DNA of 60,044 bases, the filler included. It is 4 parts of 4 records of this genome, joined end to end, with 100 filler letters (N's around TTAATTAATTAA, not from the genome) between each part and the next. Parts side by side here need not be neighbours in the genome. Positions count along the whole stretch, not along the records: positions 37,833 to 54,012 come from DRR723986_626; positions 54,113 to 60,044 come from DRR723986_648; 2 more parts are not named here. One strand, given 5' to 3'. Both the position numbers and the translations under genes were made by a program. The notes under the pieces were generated by a model, which was given only the letters and a program-made list of their open reading frames with translations, was not told the DNA's origin and did no database searches. Below, piece after piece: positions 49,691 through 60,044 of the stretch. The number at the start of each line of letters is the position of its first letter. The first letter of the stretch is position 1.

Positions 49691-51139
49691 CTATTTCTTG
49701 ATCTGCGATTCCAGCATATTCGCCACCTTCTCCCCGTAGGGCGGCAGGGTTCCCGCCAGCTTGGCCAGGTCGACCCAGCCCTGGCGGTAGACGCCGCGCG
49801 CGTGGCTGAAGGTGCGGAAGCCATCACGACCGCGATAGTTGCCGGTTCCGCTGTGTCCCACGCCGCCGAAGGGCAGGTCATCGCAGGCCACGTGCATGGC
49901 AACGGCGTTAATGGACGTGCCGCCGGCGATGGTCTCCGCCAGTACCCGGTCCTGTTCCTGCTTGTCTTTACCGTAGTAATACAGCGCCAGCGGCCGCGGG
50001 CGGGCATTGACGTAGCTGATCGGTTCGCGGATGTCGCTGTAGCTCTTCACGTTGAGCACGGCACCAAAGATCTCGTCCTGCATGCAGGCCAGGTCATCCT
50101 CTGGCTCAACCAGCAGGTGAAGGGCAATTTTGTGCGCCTGCCCATCGGAGAATTCCTCGCCTGCCGGACACAGGGGGATGATCCGTGTGCCGCGCTCCCG
50201 GGCTTCCTCGATGTAGCCGCGGACGCGGTTAAAATGCCGTTCGTTGATGCAGGATACAAAGTCCGGGTTGTTTTGCACGGTGGGGTACTGCTCGGCAATG
50301 ACCTCCCGGCAGCGGTTGATAAACGCCTCCAGCCGGTTCTGGGGAACGAAGCAGTAGTCCGGGCTGATACACAGTTGGCCACCGTTCATCGCCTTGCCGG
50401 TAATGATGCTCTCTGCAGCCTGGTGAATATCGCAGTCGTTGCCGATGATGACCGGCGACTTGCCGCCGAGTTCCAGGGTCACCGGCACCATGTTCTCCGC
50501 GGCGGCACGCAGCACCAGGCGGCCGATACTGGTTGCCCCGGTGAAGATCAGGTGGTCCAGGGGCAGGGCGCTGAAGGCGGCGCCGACCTCGGGGCCGCCG
50601 GTGACCACGGCGATCTCGGATTCTTCAAAATAGCGGGCGAACAGCGCCTGCATCAGTTCGGCGGTGGCGGGGGTAAACTCTGAGGGCTTGATCATCGCCC
50701 GATTGCCCGCTCCCAGCACATCCGCCAGCGGGCTGAAGATCATGTTTACCGGTACGTTCCAGGGGGTCATGATCCCAACCACACCCTTGGGCTGGTAATG
50801 CACCTGCGCCCGGGCGCCCAGGAAGTTCATCGGCATGAAGGGCGTGCGTCGCTCGGGCTTCATCCATTTCTTCAGGTTCTTGTGCACAAACTTCAGGCTG
50901 CCCACCGAGTTCATAACGTCGGTCATCAGGGTGACGTAGCGGGAGCGGCAGCCGAAGTCCTCGTTCACCGCGTCACAAATTGCTGCCTTGTTGTCGACCA
51001 GCAGGGCGATACAGCGATCAATCCGGTCATGGCGGGTGGCGAGGGCGACCGGGCCCTCGGCGCGAAATGCCAGGCGCTGGTTTTCCAGAATGGCAGTCAG
51101 TTCAGCCGAGGCAGCTGCCCCGGGGTTGGGTGCGTTCAT
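49691..51139 (-). CDS. Aldehyde dehydrogenase (coniferyl-aldehyde type)
   Basis: PWN, KPSE, FTG, LELGGK, GQLC, DEIFG and PFGGVG motifs. Confidence 0.92.
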   Translation of the reverse strand: MNAPNPGAAASAELTAILENQRLAFRAEGPVALATRHDRIDRCIALLVDNKAAICDAVNEDFGCRSRYVTLMTDVMNSVGSLKFVHKNLKKWMKPERRTPFMPMNFLGARAQVHYQPKGVVGIMTPWNVPVNMIFSPLADVLGAGNRAMIKPSEFTPATAELMQALFARYFEESEIAVVTGGPEVGAAFSALPLDHLIFTGATSIGRLVLRAAAENMVPVTLELGGKSPVIIGNDCDIHQAAESIITGKAMNGGQLCISPDYCFVPQNRLEAFINRCREVIAEQYPTVQNNPDFVSCINERHFNRVRGYIEEARERGTRIIPLCPAGEEFSDGQAHKIALHLLVEPEDDLACMQDEIFGAVLNVKSYSDIREPISYVNARPRPLALYYYGKDKQEQDRVLAETIAGGTSINAVAMHVACDDLPFGGVGHSGTGNYRGRDGFRTFSHARGVYRQGWVDLAKLAGTLPPYGEKVANMLESQIKK

Positions 51140-51152
51140 GTTCGGGCTCCTG

Positions 51153-52853
51153 TCATGCCTTTGCGGTTTGCGGCCTGGCCTTGCGGCCTCGCGCTGCGGA
51201 TGTTGGCTTGCCGGCGCTGGCCCCGTGGAGTCTGACCCCGGCATCCTCGAGCAGCAGGTCGGCGCACTTTTCGGCGATCATGATCGTCGGTGCGTTGGTG
51301 TTACCGGAGGGGATGGCGGGCATGATTGACGCGTCGGCCACCCGCAGCCCCTCGATGCCCCTGACCCGCAGGCGTTCATCGACCACCGCGAGCTCATCCT
51401 GGCCCATCTTGCAGGTGCCTACCGGGTGGTACACGGATTCCGCGTGGGCGCGGATATAAGCCAGGATCTCCTCATCGGAGACCGCGTCACTGCCCGGCAT
51501 GGATTCCTCACCGCGGTAGTTGTCCAGTGCCGGTGCCTGGAAGAACTGGCGTACCGTGCGCAGTGCGTCGATCATCACCTCGCGGTCTCGTTCGGTAGCC
51601 AGGTAATTGGCCCGGATAGCCGGTGCCTCTTCAGGATTCGGTGAGCGCACGTGGACACTCCCTCGACTCTCTGGCCTCAGGTTACAGACGGTGGCCGTGC
51701 TGCCGGGCCTGGTCTTGAGATTGCCCTTTTCATCAGGTTCCCCGGCTGCAGGTGCGAAGTGTATCTGGGCATTGGGCCGCTCGCTTTCGCCGCCACAGCG
51801 GAAGAAAACCCCGACCTGTGACGCGGGGTGAGCCAGCAGGCCAGCGCGACTGGAACCGAAGCGCAGGATATTCCGGGCCAGGCTGAGCGGGCGGGACTCC
51901 TCAAAAAAGGTCCGGGTTCCGTGCAGGCCCTGGATCACATTGACGGTGAGATGGTCCTGCAGGTTCTCTCCGACACCGGGCAGCGAGTGGTTGGCCTGGA
52001 TACCTGCGGCCTGCAACTGCTCCTCATTGCCGATGCCCGATAGCTCCAGCAGTTGCGGAGAATTGATCACCCCGCCGCAGAGAATGACTTCCCTGCGGGC
52101 CGTTGCCCGGGCCTGGCCGGCATCCGTCTGGTAAAGGATACCGGTGGCACGCTTGTCCTCCAGCAGGACCTTGCGCGCCAGTGCACCGGTGAGCACGGTG
52201 AGGTTGGGTCGCTGTTCACAGAGCTTGAGATAAGTGCGGGCGGTACTCTGGCGCAGGCCACGGCGAATGTTCAGCTGGTAATAACCCGCGCCCTCCTGGC
52301 TGGCCCCGTTGAAGTCTTCATTGAAGGGCAGCCCGCGCTGGATGCAGGCCTGGATGAACAGGTCAGCCAGCTCCATCTTGTCGCTGTTGGCAACTTCTTC
52401 CACCCACAGCGGCCCGCCGAAACCGTGGTAATCGTTGCCACCCTGGGCCCGGTGCTCGGCGCGCTTGAAGTAGGGCAGGACCTCGTCATAGGACCAGCCC
52501 GGGTTGCCTTGCGCGGACCAGTTGTCATAGTCCTCCCGCTGTCCCCTGATATAGACCATGCCATTGATGGAGCTGGTTCCGCCCAGCACCTTGCCCCGTG
52601 GCCATGAAATGCGACGGCCATCCATATTCGGCTCCGGCTCGGTTTCGTAGCACCAGTTGACGGCGGGGTTCTTCATCAGAAAGGCGAAACCCAGGGGAAC
52701 GTGAATCATTGGGTGCTTGTCGCGCTCACCGGCCTCCAGCAGGAGCACCCGGCGGCTCGCTTCTCGCGACAGGTGATAGGCGAGGGCGCAGCCGGCTGAT
52801 CCGGCACCAACAATGATGTAGTCGTATTCCGTGTTGTCGCTGATCGTTTTCAC
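51153..52853 (-). CDS. GMC oxidoreductase (choline dehydrogenase-like)
   Basis: [21 protein letters not shown] and GNTNAP motifs. Confidence 0.93.
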   Translation of the reverse strand: MKTISDNTEYDYIIVGAGSAGCALAYHLSREASRRVLLLEAGERDKHPMIHVPLGFAFLMKNPAVNWCYETEPEPNMDGRRISWPRGKVLGGTSSINGMVYIRGQREDYDNWSAQGNPGWSYDEVLPYFKRAEHRAQGGNDYHGFGGPLWVEEVANSDKMELADLFIQACIQRGLPFNEDFNGASQEGAGYYQLNIRRGLRQSTARTYLKLCEQRPNLTVLTGALARKVLLEDKRATGILYQTDAGQARATARREVILCGGVINSPQLLELSGIGNEEQLQAAGIQANHSLPGVGENLQDHLTVNVIQGLHGTRTFFEESRPLSLARNILRFGSSRAGLLAHPASQVGVFFRCGGESERPNAQIHFAPAAGEPDEKGNLKTRPGSTATVCNLRPESRGSVHVRSPNPEEAPAIRANYLATERDREVMIDALRTVRQFFQAPALDNYRGEESMPGSDAVSDEEILAYIRAHAESVYHPVGTCKMGQDELAVVDERLRVRGIEGLRVADASIMPAIPSGNTNAPTIMIAEKCADLLLEDAGVRLHGASAGKPTSAARGRKARPQTAKA

Positions 52854-53043
52854 GGTCGGCAGTGTCCCTTGCGCTGTAATGGAGGGCCATCATTGTGGAC
52901 GGGGATACCCGGGTCAAGCGGCTTGCAGGCACAGGCGGGTTAAAAGCCGGGCAATACTAAATTAGGAAACCCGCTCCCCTGCCACGGTGATAGCGCGATT
53001 GTGCTTCCGGGGGCTTAAGTAACATCCCTCGGCTGCCCCCTTT

Positions 53044-53256
53044 TTTTCCACAGATTCTGTGGATAAGTCAGTGGGTAATTTGTTTGCGCGTCGACCAAGT
53101 ACACTGACAGCCAGACATGTTACGAATTGGTTAAAATTCGTACAAACACATATTATCTATATAAAACAACAACTTATGTATTTTACTTCAGGTGAACAAT
53201 GCAAAGCTGGAGCTAAACTCGTGAAACTTTTGTGACGCTGGCGATGATGTGTATAA
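53044..53256. promoter_or_regulatory. DnaA-box cluster with IHF-like site (DARS-like)
   Basis: TTTTCCACA 53044, TGTGGATAA 53058, AGTGGGTAA 53070, TGTGTATAA 53248; IHF-like AAACAACAACTTA 53164-53176. Confidence 0.65.
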
Positions 53257-53447
53257 CCTTTCCGGAAGTGCTACCACGGGTAACTTCAATGAATTTACGG
53301 GAACACTTCCCCGTGCCCGACCGGTAACAAATTGTTGGCAGATTTCTGCAGATACTTTTTTTGCAGGGCGAACCGCATTGTCAAGATTTTTTTCCGGTGT
53401 TACCGGCTAGCGGAGCGATGGCACCCTGAAGCCGTCTGGATGGCGGT

Positions 53448-53810
53448 TCAATCCCGGTGGCCTCGGTAAATGCAGCCACTGGTGCACGTCTCGCGGATCT
53501 CGACCGCGCTCAGTTGGGGTAGCTCGGGTACCAGTCGGTCCCAGATCCAGCGGGCGAGGTTTTCGCTTGTGGGGTTTTCCAGGCCCTCAATATCGTTCAG
53601 GTAGTAGTGGTCGAGTTGAGCGAGCAGTGGCTTGAAGGCCGCCTTGAGATCGGCGAAATCCATGACCCAGCCTGACGGCTCTTCCGCTGGCCCGCTGACC
53701 GACAGCCTGACCTGGAAGGAATGCCCGTGTAGCCTGGCGCATTTATGGCCGTCTGGCACATTGGGTAGGCGGTGAGCTGCCTCGAAATGAAATTCCTTGT
53801 AAATTTCCAT
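53448..53810 (-). CDS. queD: 6-carboxy-5,6,7,8-tetrahydropterin synthase
   Basis: [24 protein letters not shown] and ETC motifs. Confidence 0.95.
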   Translation of the reverse strand: MEIYKEFHFEAAHRLPNVPDGHKCARLHGHSFQVRLSVSGPAEEPSGWVMDFADLKAAFKPLLAQLDHYYLNDIEGLENPTSENLARWIWDRLVPELPQLSAVEIRETCTSGCIYRGHRD

Positions 53811-53937
53811 GCGTTACGGGATCCCGGAATGGCTTGTGGACCCCGCCTGCTGGCGGTGGTCCGGAGGTGCAATTTTACTACCAAAAACAGGGTTTTTTCA
53901 GTGCCGAAAAATTTTGCCGCAATTGCTGGCGGAACGT

Positions 53938-53971
53938 TTGACAGTGTTTTTTTTATCTCTATAATGCGCGG
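53938..53971 (+). promoter_or_regulatory. Sigma70 stable-RNA promoter
   Basis: TTGACA-16 nt-TATAAT with GC-rich discriminator GCGCGG, just upstream of a tRNA. Confidence 0.9.
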
Positions 53972-53983
53972 TCTCGGTTCTGG

Positions 53984-54012
53984 GGGTGATTAGCTCAGCT
54001 GGGAGAGCATCT
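53984..54012 (+). tRNA. 5' fragment of a tRNA, probably tRNA-Val
   Basis: GGGTGATTAGCTCAGCTGGGAGAGCATCT, acceptor and D-arm typical of gammaproteobacterial tRNA-Val; truncated. Confidence 0.8.
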
Positions 54013-54112
54013 NNNNNNNNNNNNNNNNNNNNNNNNNNNNNNNNNNNNNNNNNNNNTTAATTAATTAANNNNNNNNNNNNNNNNNNNNNNNNNNNNNNNN
54101 NNNNNNNNNNNN
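54013..54112. other. Artificial contig linker
   Basis: N-run, TTAATTAATTAA, N-run. Confidence 0.97.
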
Positions 54113-54576
54113 GGCCAGATACACAGAGTTCAGGACACTCCCCGCGCTACGCCTCTAGTAAGTAGCAATTTCTATTGTTTATCAGCAAGATGAGCCGTAT
54201 CTACAACTTGCGGGACGGCAATTTTCAAATCAGCCTCCGGGCACCAACTCGTATTCCCCCTGTTCTCGATTTTTCACGGGTCAATCCTAGGAATCGAACG
54301 ATCTTCCGGACAGCTGCCGTTGGTGCACAGTGCAGCATTGGTCAAAATGGGCTCACAGCGGCCTTGCGGCGGTGCGGCGCGCGGGTCGTGGCCTTGCAGG
54401 CCCTTGCGTGGGCAACTGGATGGCTGGTGCCAGCCCCGAGCGGACCCATGGACCTCGGTGCGAATCTGCAATAGCTGACCTTCGCCACGCAGGTCGCGAA
54501 CTCACACAATGCGGGACTTAGAGTGCATTCGGTGCAACTGCGCCAATGTCCGCAAAGGAGAGTTCAGCACCAGCGG

Positions 54577-55407
54577 CTACACTCGCATTCGTTGTTTCTT
54601 GCGCCATGCAGCGGGGGTCACTCCGTAGATTTTTCGAAACTGGCGGATGAAATGGGTCGTGTCCTGCCATCCGATGTGTGGAGCAATTTGATCGACGGGC
54701 ATGTCGGTGTGTTGCAAAAGCTGCGCGGCCTTGGCGACGCGGGCAGACGTGATCCAAGTGCCGACTGTAAAACCGGTTTCGGATTTGACGACAGCCGCGA
54801 CATGAGGCGCGGTGCGTCCAACCGCCGAAGCCACATCGATAAGGGAAATGGGGGAAAGGCTGTGTCGTTGGATGTATCGCAGCGCTGTAGCGACCAGTGG
54901 TGAGCGTTGCCCATCCTTATCTGCATTTGGCATCGCCCGTGAGACCTCTGACAGGATCAGAGTAATCAGGCTGCGTTGCACCTCTGCGGTCAGCTCATTT
55001 TGCCCTTCTGCCTCTCGCGCTAAAGCCTCGAACCAGCGCTGCAAGCGCGCCTGTGCAACCTCCTCCAAATGGACGACTGGGGACGCCCCGAGGCGCACTT
55101 CAGAAAATGGCCGCATGATCGCCTGCGCCTCGTCAAAGCCAAAGCTCCCAGCGGAAAATCCCAGAAGCCAATAATCGAGATCCTCGCCAGCCAGGGGGCG
55201 ATGCGGCACACCGGCAGGAACAATCGTCACGCTTCCTGCCAAAGAAAGTGTTTCGTATTTCTGCTCCATCGTGAACCAACCGGCACGGGTAAACATCAAC
55301 CCGTGATCGGCGTGCACGGCGACGGGTGTCGGGTGTGTGCTGACGCCCATTTCGTGAATCACATAGCAAGAGGGATGTGGCGGTTCGAGCCGCTGAAGGT
55401 CTGTCAC
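54577..55407 (-). CDS. AraC-family regulator with cupin-like N-domain
   Basis: IVPAGVPH; C-terminal HFIRQFRKIYGVTPAAWR. Confidence 0.9.
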   Translation of the reverse strand: MTDLQRLEPPHPSCYVIHEMGVSTHPTPVAVHADHGLMFTRAGWFTMEQKYETLSLAGSVTIVPAGVPHRPLAGEDLDYWLLGFSAGSFGFDEAQAIMRPFSEVRLGASPVVHLEEVAQARLQRWFEALAREAEGQNELTAEVQRSLITLILSEVSRAMPNADKDGQRSPLVATALRYIQRHSLSPISLIDVASAVGRTAPHVAAVVKSETGFTVGTWITSARVAKAAQLLQHTDMPVDQIAPHIGWQDTTHFIRQFRKIYGVTPAAWRKKQRMRV

Positions 55408-55525
55408 ACAAAATTCCGAATAATCATAAGATCAGCCGATAGTACCCGAATCCACGCTCTCAAGCAACGACGCCAGCGGGCCTATGTTGAGGCCAACGAA
55501 ACCTTCAGCATGACTGGATCGAGAC

Positions 55526-56470
55526 ATGGCAAACCTGCACTACGACCTCATCATAATCGGTGGCGGACCCGCCGGACAATCCGCCGCTTTGATTGCCGGA
55601 CGCACCCGTATGAAAACCGCATTCATAAACGCCGAAAATCCTCGAAATTTTGTGACCACGGCCTCGCACGGGTTTTTGACCCGCGATGGCGCCCACCCAA
55701 GCGAGCTGTTGGCGGTGGCCAAGGAGCAGCTGCGCAAATATCCAACGGTCAATTACATCGCCGACAGCGTTTCTGATGTCGCGCGTTTGGCCGACGGGTT
55801 TTCCGCGACGACTGCGCAGGGTGCAACAATAACTGCGACGCGCATGCTCATTGCGACGGGCCACCGGGACCACCTCGACCAATTGGACTTACCCGGCATC
55901 GCGGACGTATACGGCAAGTCGGTTTATCCATGCCCGTTCTGCGATGGATACGAGCATGCCGACGAGGCGCTGGCCATCTTTGGCCACGGCGCAATCGAGC
56001 ACTTTGTGCCGATGATGCAGATTTGGTCGCGAAATATGATCGTGTTCACCAACGGCAATTCGCTCGACGCCAATGTAAAGGCAGAATTGCGGACCAAGGG
56101 TGTTCCGGTTGAAGAGGGCAAGGTCGCGAACCTGAGGTCGACAGGCGGCACGCTAACCCATGTCGTTTTGGATGATGGGCGCGAGATAGCGCGGCAAAGT
56201 GGGTTCGTCGTCGAGGAATTCTCGTCGCCCGCGACCGATTTTGCCGAACGTTTGGGGGTTATCGCGCAAGAAGAGAACGATTGGGGCATGCCCGAGCTTG
56301 CAGGTGCGTCAGGCACAACGAACATCCCAGGTCTCTACGTAGTCGGGGATGCGCGGATGGGTTTTGCGGGCATCGCGGCGGCGGCCTCGGAAGGCGGGTT
56401 CTGCGTAGAGATGATGGCCCACGAGGTTGCGATGGAACGTTGGGCGGCACTGCCGGAGGGATCACAATGA
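55526..56470 (+). CDS. Thioredoxin-reductase-like FAD oxidoreductase
   Basis: IIGGGPAG, IATG, CPFCDG and TNIPGLYVVGD motifs. Confidence 0.9.
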   Translation: MANLHYDLIIIGGGPAGQSAALIAGRTRMKTAFINAENPRNFVTTASHGFLTRDGAHPSELLAVAKEQLRKYPTVNYIADSVSDVARLADGFSATTAQGATITATRMLIATGHRDHLDQLDLPGIADVYGKSVYPCPFCDGYEHADEALAIFGHGAIEHFVPMMQIWSRNMIVFTNGNSLDANVKAELRTKGVPVEEGKVANLRSTGGTLTHVVLDDGREIARQSGFVVEEFSSPATDFAERLGVIAQEENDWGMPELAGASGTTNIPGLYVVGDARMGFAGIAAAASEGGFCVEMMAHEVAMERWAALPEGSQ

Positions 56471-57087
56471 AGGATAAGACCAAGGCGCTGTGGGAAAAGC
56501 AGGATCAGCATAAGGGCGACCGTTGGCGGCTGTTTCAGGCGGTGAGCGCAGCGCTGCCCGCCCGCCGAGTGCTTTATGCAGGCAGCTACGTCGATGTTGC
56601 GCCCTCGTTCGTTTACGACGACGTCACCTATGCGGACATGGACAAGCGGGCGGCGGCGTTTTTTGCCGATGCCCAGGGTGTGCGGCAGATCATTTGCGAC
56701 CACGGTGGCAACGTCGACGGGCGGTTCGTGTTCGCGCATGGAGACTATCGGTCCTTGGATTTAGAGCCGAATAGCTTTGATCTGCTGATCTCTCTTTATG
56801 CGGGGTTCATATCAGAGCCTTGCGGCCGTTTCTTGCGTATCGGAGGGCATTTGCTGGTGAATTCAAGCCATGGCGACGCAGCTCTTGCCGCGCTCGACCC
56901 ACGATTCAAGCTGGTGGCGGTCGTCACGTCGGCAAACGGAAGCTACCGGGTCACCGATCAGAACCTCGACAGCTACATGGTGCCGAAGAAACCACAGACG
57001 ATAACGGTGGAAAGCCTTAAGGCATCTCATCGCGGCATTGCCTATACCAAATCCCCATTTGCCTACGTGTTCGAAAGGGTGCTGTGA
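56467..57087 (+). CDS. Probable class I SAM-dependent methyltransferase
   Basis: VLYAGS, YADMD, GDY, SFDLLISL and LRIGG motifs; ATGA overlap with the upstream gene. Confidence 0.7.
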   Translation: MKDKTKALWEKQDQHKGDRWRLFQAVSAALPARRVLYAGSYVDVAPSFVYDDVTYADMDKRAAAFFADAQGVRQIICDHGGNVDGRFVFAHGDYRSLDLEPNSFDLLISLYAGFISEPCGRFLRIGGHLLVNSSHGDAALAALDPRFKLVAVVTSANGSYRVTDQNLDSYMVPKKPQTITVESLKASHRGIAYTKSPFAYVFERVL

Positions 57088-57530
57088 TGTGCGCTCGAAG
57101 AGCCAACGGCGAAAGCCGCCGTTGGCCGCGTCGCAGAAAATATGCAAAGGGGGCTCTCTGCCGTCGTTCACCGCAGTCTACACGAAGGTCCGCTGTCGGG
57201 AAACGGGCCAAACTTTGCAAAGTTCACTATCTGCGCATCGCCGCCGTTGATGCCGAGCGCAGCAAAGGCTGGTCGGGAAATTTCAGAGTATTGGGCTGTG
57301 AATGTCGGCTTTCGCTGGTCTGAGGTGGAGTCCGAGCAGGTGCCGCGAATTCACACTTTCCGCCCGAGGTGACGGGCGTCGCTCACGGCCCCAATCCGCA
57401 ATAACCACTGGACTTCTGTGCGTGGCGGAGCGGTACTGACCGCGTGATATGAAGTATGTCGCCCGGGCGGTCCGGGCTCCACTCAGTACAGGGCGAAGGA
57501 CAGGCCTTTGCCCGCAGAGTGGAGAAACCG

Positions 57531-57794
57531 ATGACTGTATCAAGCCCAACACCGCAACAGACCAACGGATCAAAACCGGTTACCAGGAAACCGACACGCC
57601 AGGTGCAATTGCGAAAGCTGTTGAGCCGCAAGTCCGGCGCAACAGTCGCGCAGATCCAGAAGGCTTTTGGCTGGCAGCCCCACACAGTGCGGGCCGCGAT
57701 ATCCTCGCAGCGTAAAGCAGGCTGCGTGATCGCCCGCAGTGATACCGACACCGGATCGGTGTATCGAATTGTCGACGAAGGTTGTGATCCATGA
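57531..57794 (+). CDS. DUF3489-like winged-helix protein
   Basis: GATVAQI, GWQPHTVRAAIS and YRI motifs. Confidence 0.85.
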   Translation: MTVSSPTPQQTNGSKPVTRKPTRQVQLRKLLSRKSGATVAQIQKAFGWQPHTVRAAISSQRKAGCVIARSDTDTGSVYRIVDEGCDP

Positions 57795-58200
57795 ACCCCG
57801 GTAGCTCAGATAAGCTGGCAAACCAGATGGCGGAGATCGAAGCGCTCGATCGAGCTGAATGCCTGGATCGTTGGAGAGTGATGTTTGGTCGGCTACCGCC
57901 CAAATATCTCTCGCCGCAGTTCATGAGGCGTGTGCTGATCTGGGAGATGCAGAACAGAGCGCTGGGCGGTGTCTCGGCCAAAACCACCCGCCGCCTGAAG
58001 CAGACCGCTGCCGGAAAATCAGTACCGGCCAGCGCCACACCGGGATCGCATCTGGTTCGGGAATGGAATGGGCGTACCTATCAGGTTGAAGTGATCGACG
58101 GCGGCTACGTCATGGATGGCAAATCCTGGCGCTCGCTGTCGGCTATCGCTAAACACATCACGGGTGCGCACTGGTCCGGTCCGCGCTTCTTCGGGGTGCA

Positions 58201-58204
<4 letters not shown>
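57791..58204 (+). CDS. DUF2924 protein
   Basis: PGSHLVREWNG and SLSAIAKHITGAHWSGPRFFG motifs. Confidence 0.9.
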
Positions 58205-59832
<1,628 letters not shown>

Positions 59833-60014
59833 ACCGAGATGTCCCGCAATTCTCCAAACTCGTACCGTCGGAATCGCAAACAGAGATTGCGGCCAGAAAT
59901 CGGCCTCCCGTGTGTGCACACTCGAGTCTCTCAAAGGAACCCTTCGTGCCAAGCCACGGAAAACACGGCACTATCTGCACCGAATCAAGACTAGTCTGAA
60001 TATGGGTAAGTACT

Positions 60015-60044
60015 TGGCTGGGGTGGTAGGATTCGAACCTACGA
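60015..60044 (-). tRNA. 3' fragment of a tRNA, probably tRNA-Gln (or its att duplicate)
   Basis: Reverse complement TCGTAGGTTCGAATCCTACCACCCCAGCCA. Confidence 0.75.

Noticed and set aside
53044-53256. Chromosomal origin oriC
   Set aside because: Few boxes, no evident DUE repeats, and no dnaA, gidA or parAB neighbours
54113-54576. Small ORFs at the start of contig 4
   Set aside because: No recognisable motifs and mutually overlapping frames

Overview
The window is four unrelated contigs joined by artificial N/TTAATTAATTAA/N linkers at 22416-22515, 37733-37832 and 54013-54112. Taxonomic labels are inferred from composition and gene style. Contig 1 (1-22415, AT-rich, Bacteroidota) holds dacB, a DUF423 gene and a Wzx/Wzy capsule locus: wza, wzc, manC, fcl, gmd, an SLC13 permease, cysC/D/N/Q, wzx, a sulfotransferase, wzy and a GT2. 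This predicts a sulfated, fucose-containing polysaccharide. An IS110 element sits between wzc and manC. Its 255-bp non-coding end folds into a bridge-RNA architecture whose four loop segments match the element's own ends and flanks. An interrupted four-helix-bundle gene is bracketed by 7-nt tandem repeats that recur at gene junctions and in-frame inside fcl and gmd. Contig 2 (22516-37732, Rhodobacteraceae-like) holds a tRNA-Gln 3' end, an aminotransferase/TAXI-TRAP/RpiR unit, a rhodanese, an SHMT-like gene and a type I secretion system with an Ig-repeat adhesin. Contig 3 (37833-54012, Halieaceae-like gammaproteobacterium) holds lipid-metabolism genes including fabY, a DARS-like DnaA-box cluster, queD and the start of tRNA-Val. 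Contig 4 (54113-60044, alphaproteobacterial) holds AraC/TrxB-like/methyltransferase genes and a DUF3489-DUF2924-serine recombinase module ending beside a tRNA-Gln 3' end. All calls are by eye; no database searches were run.
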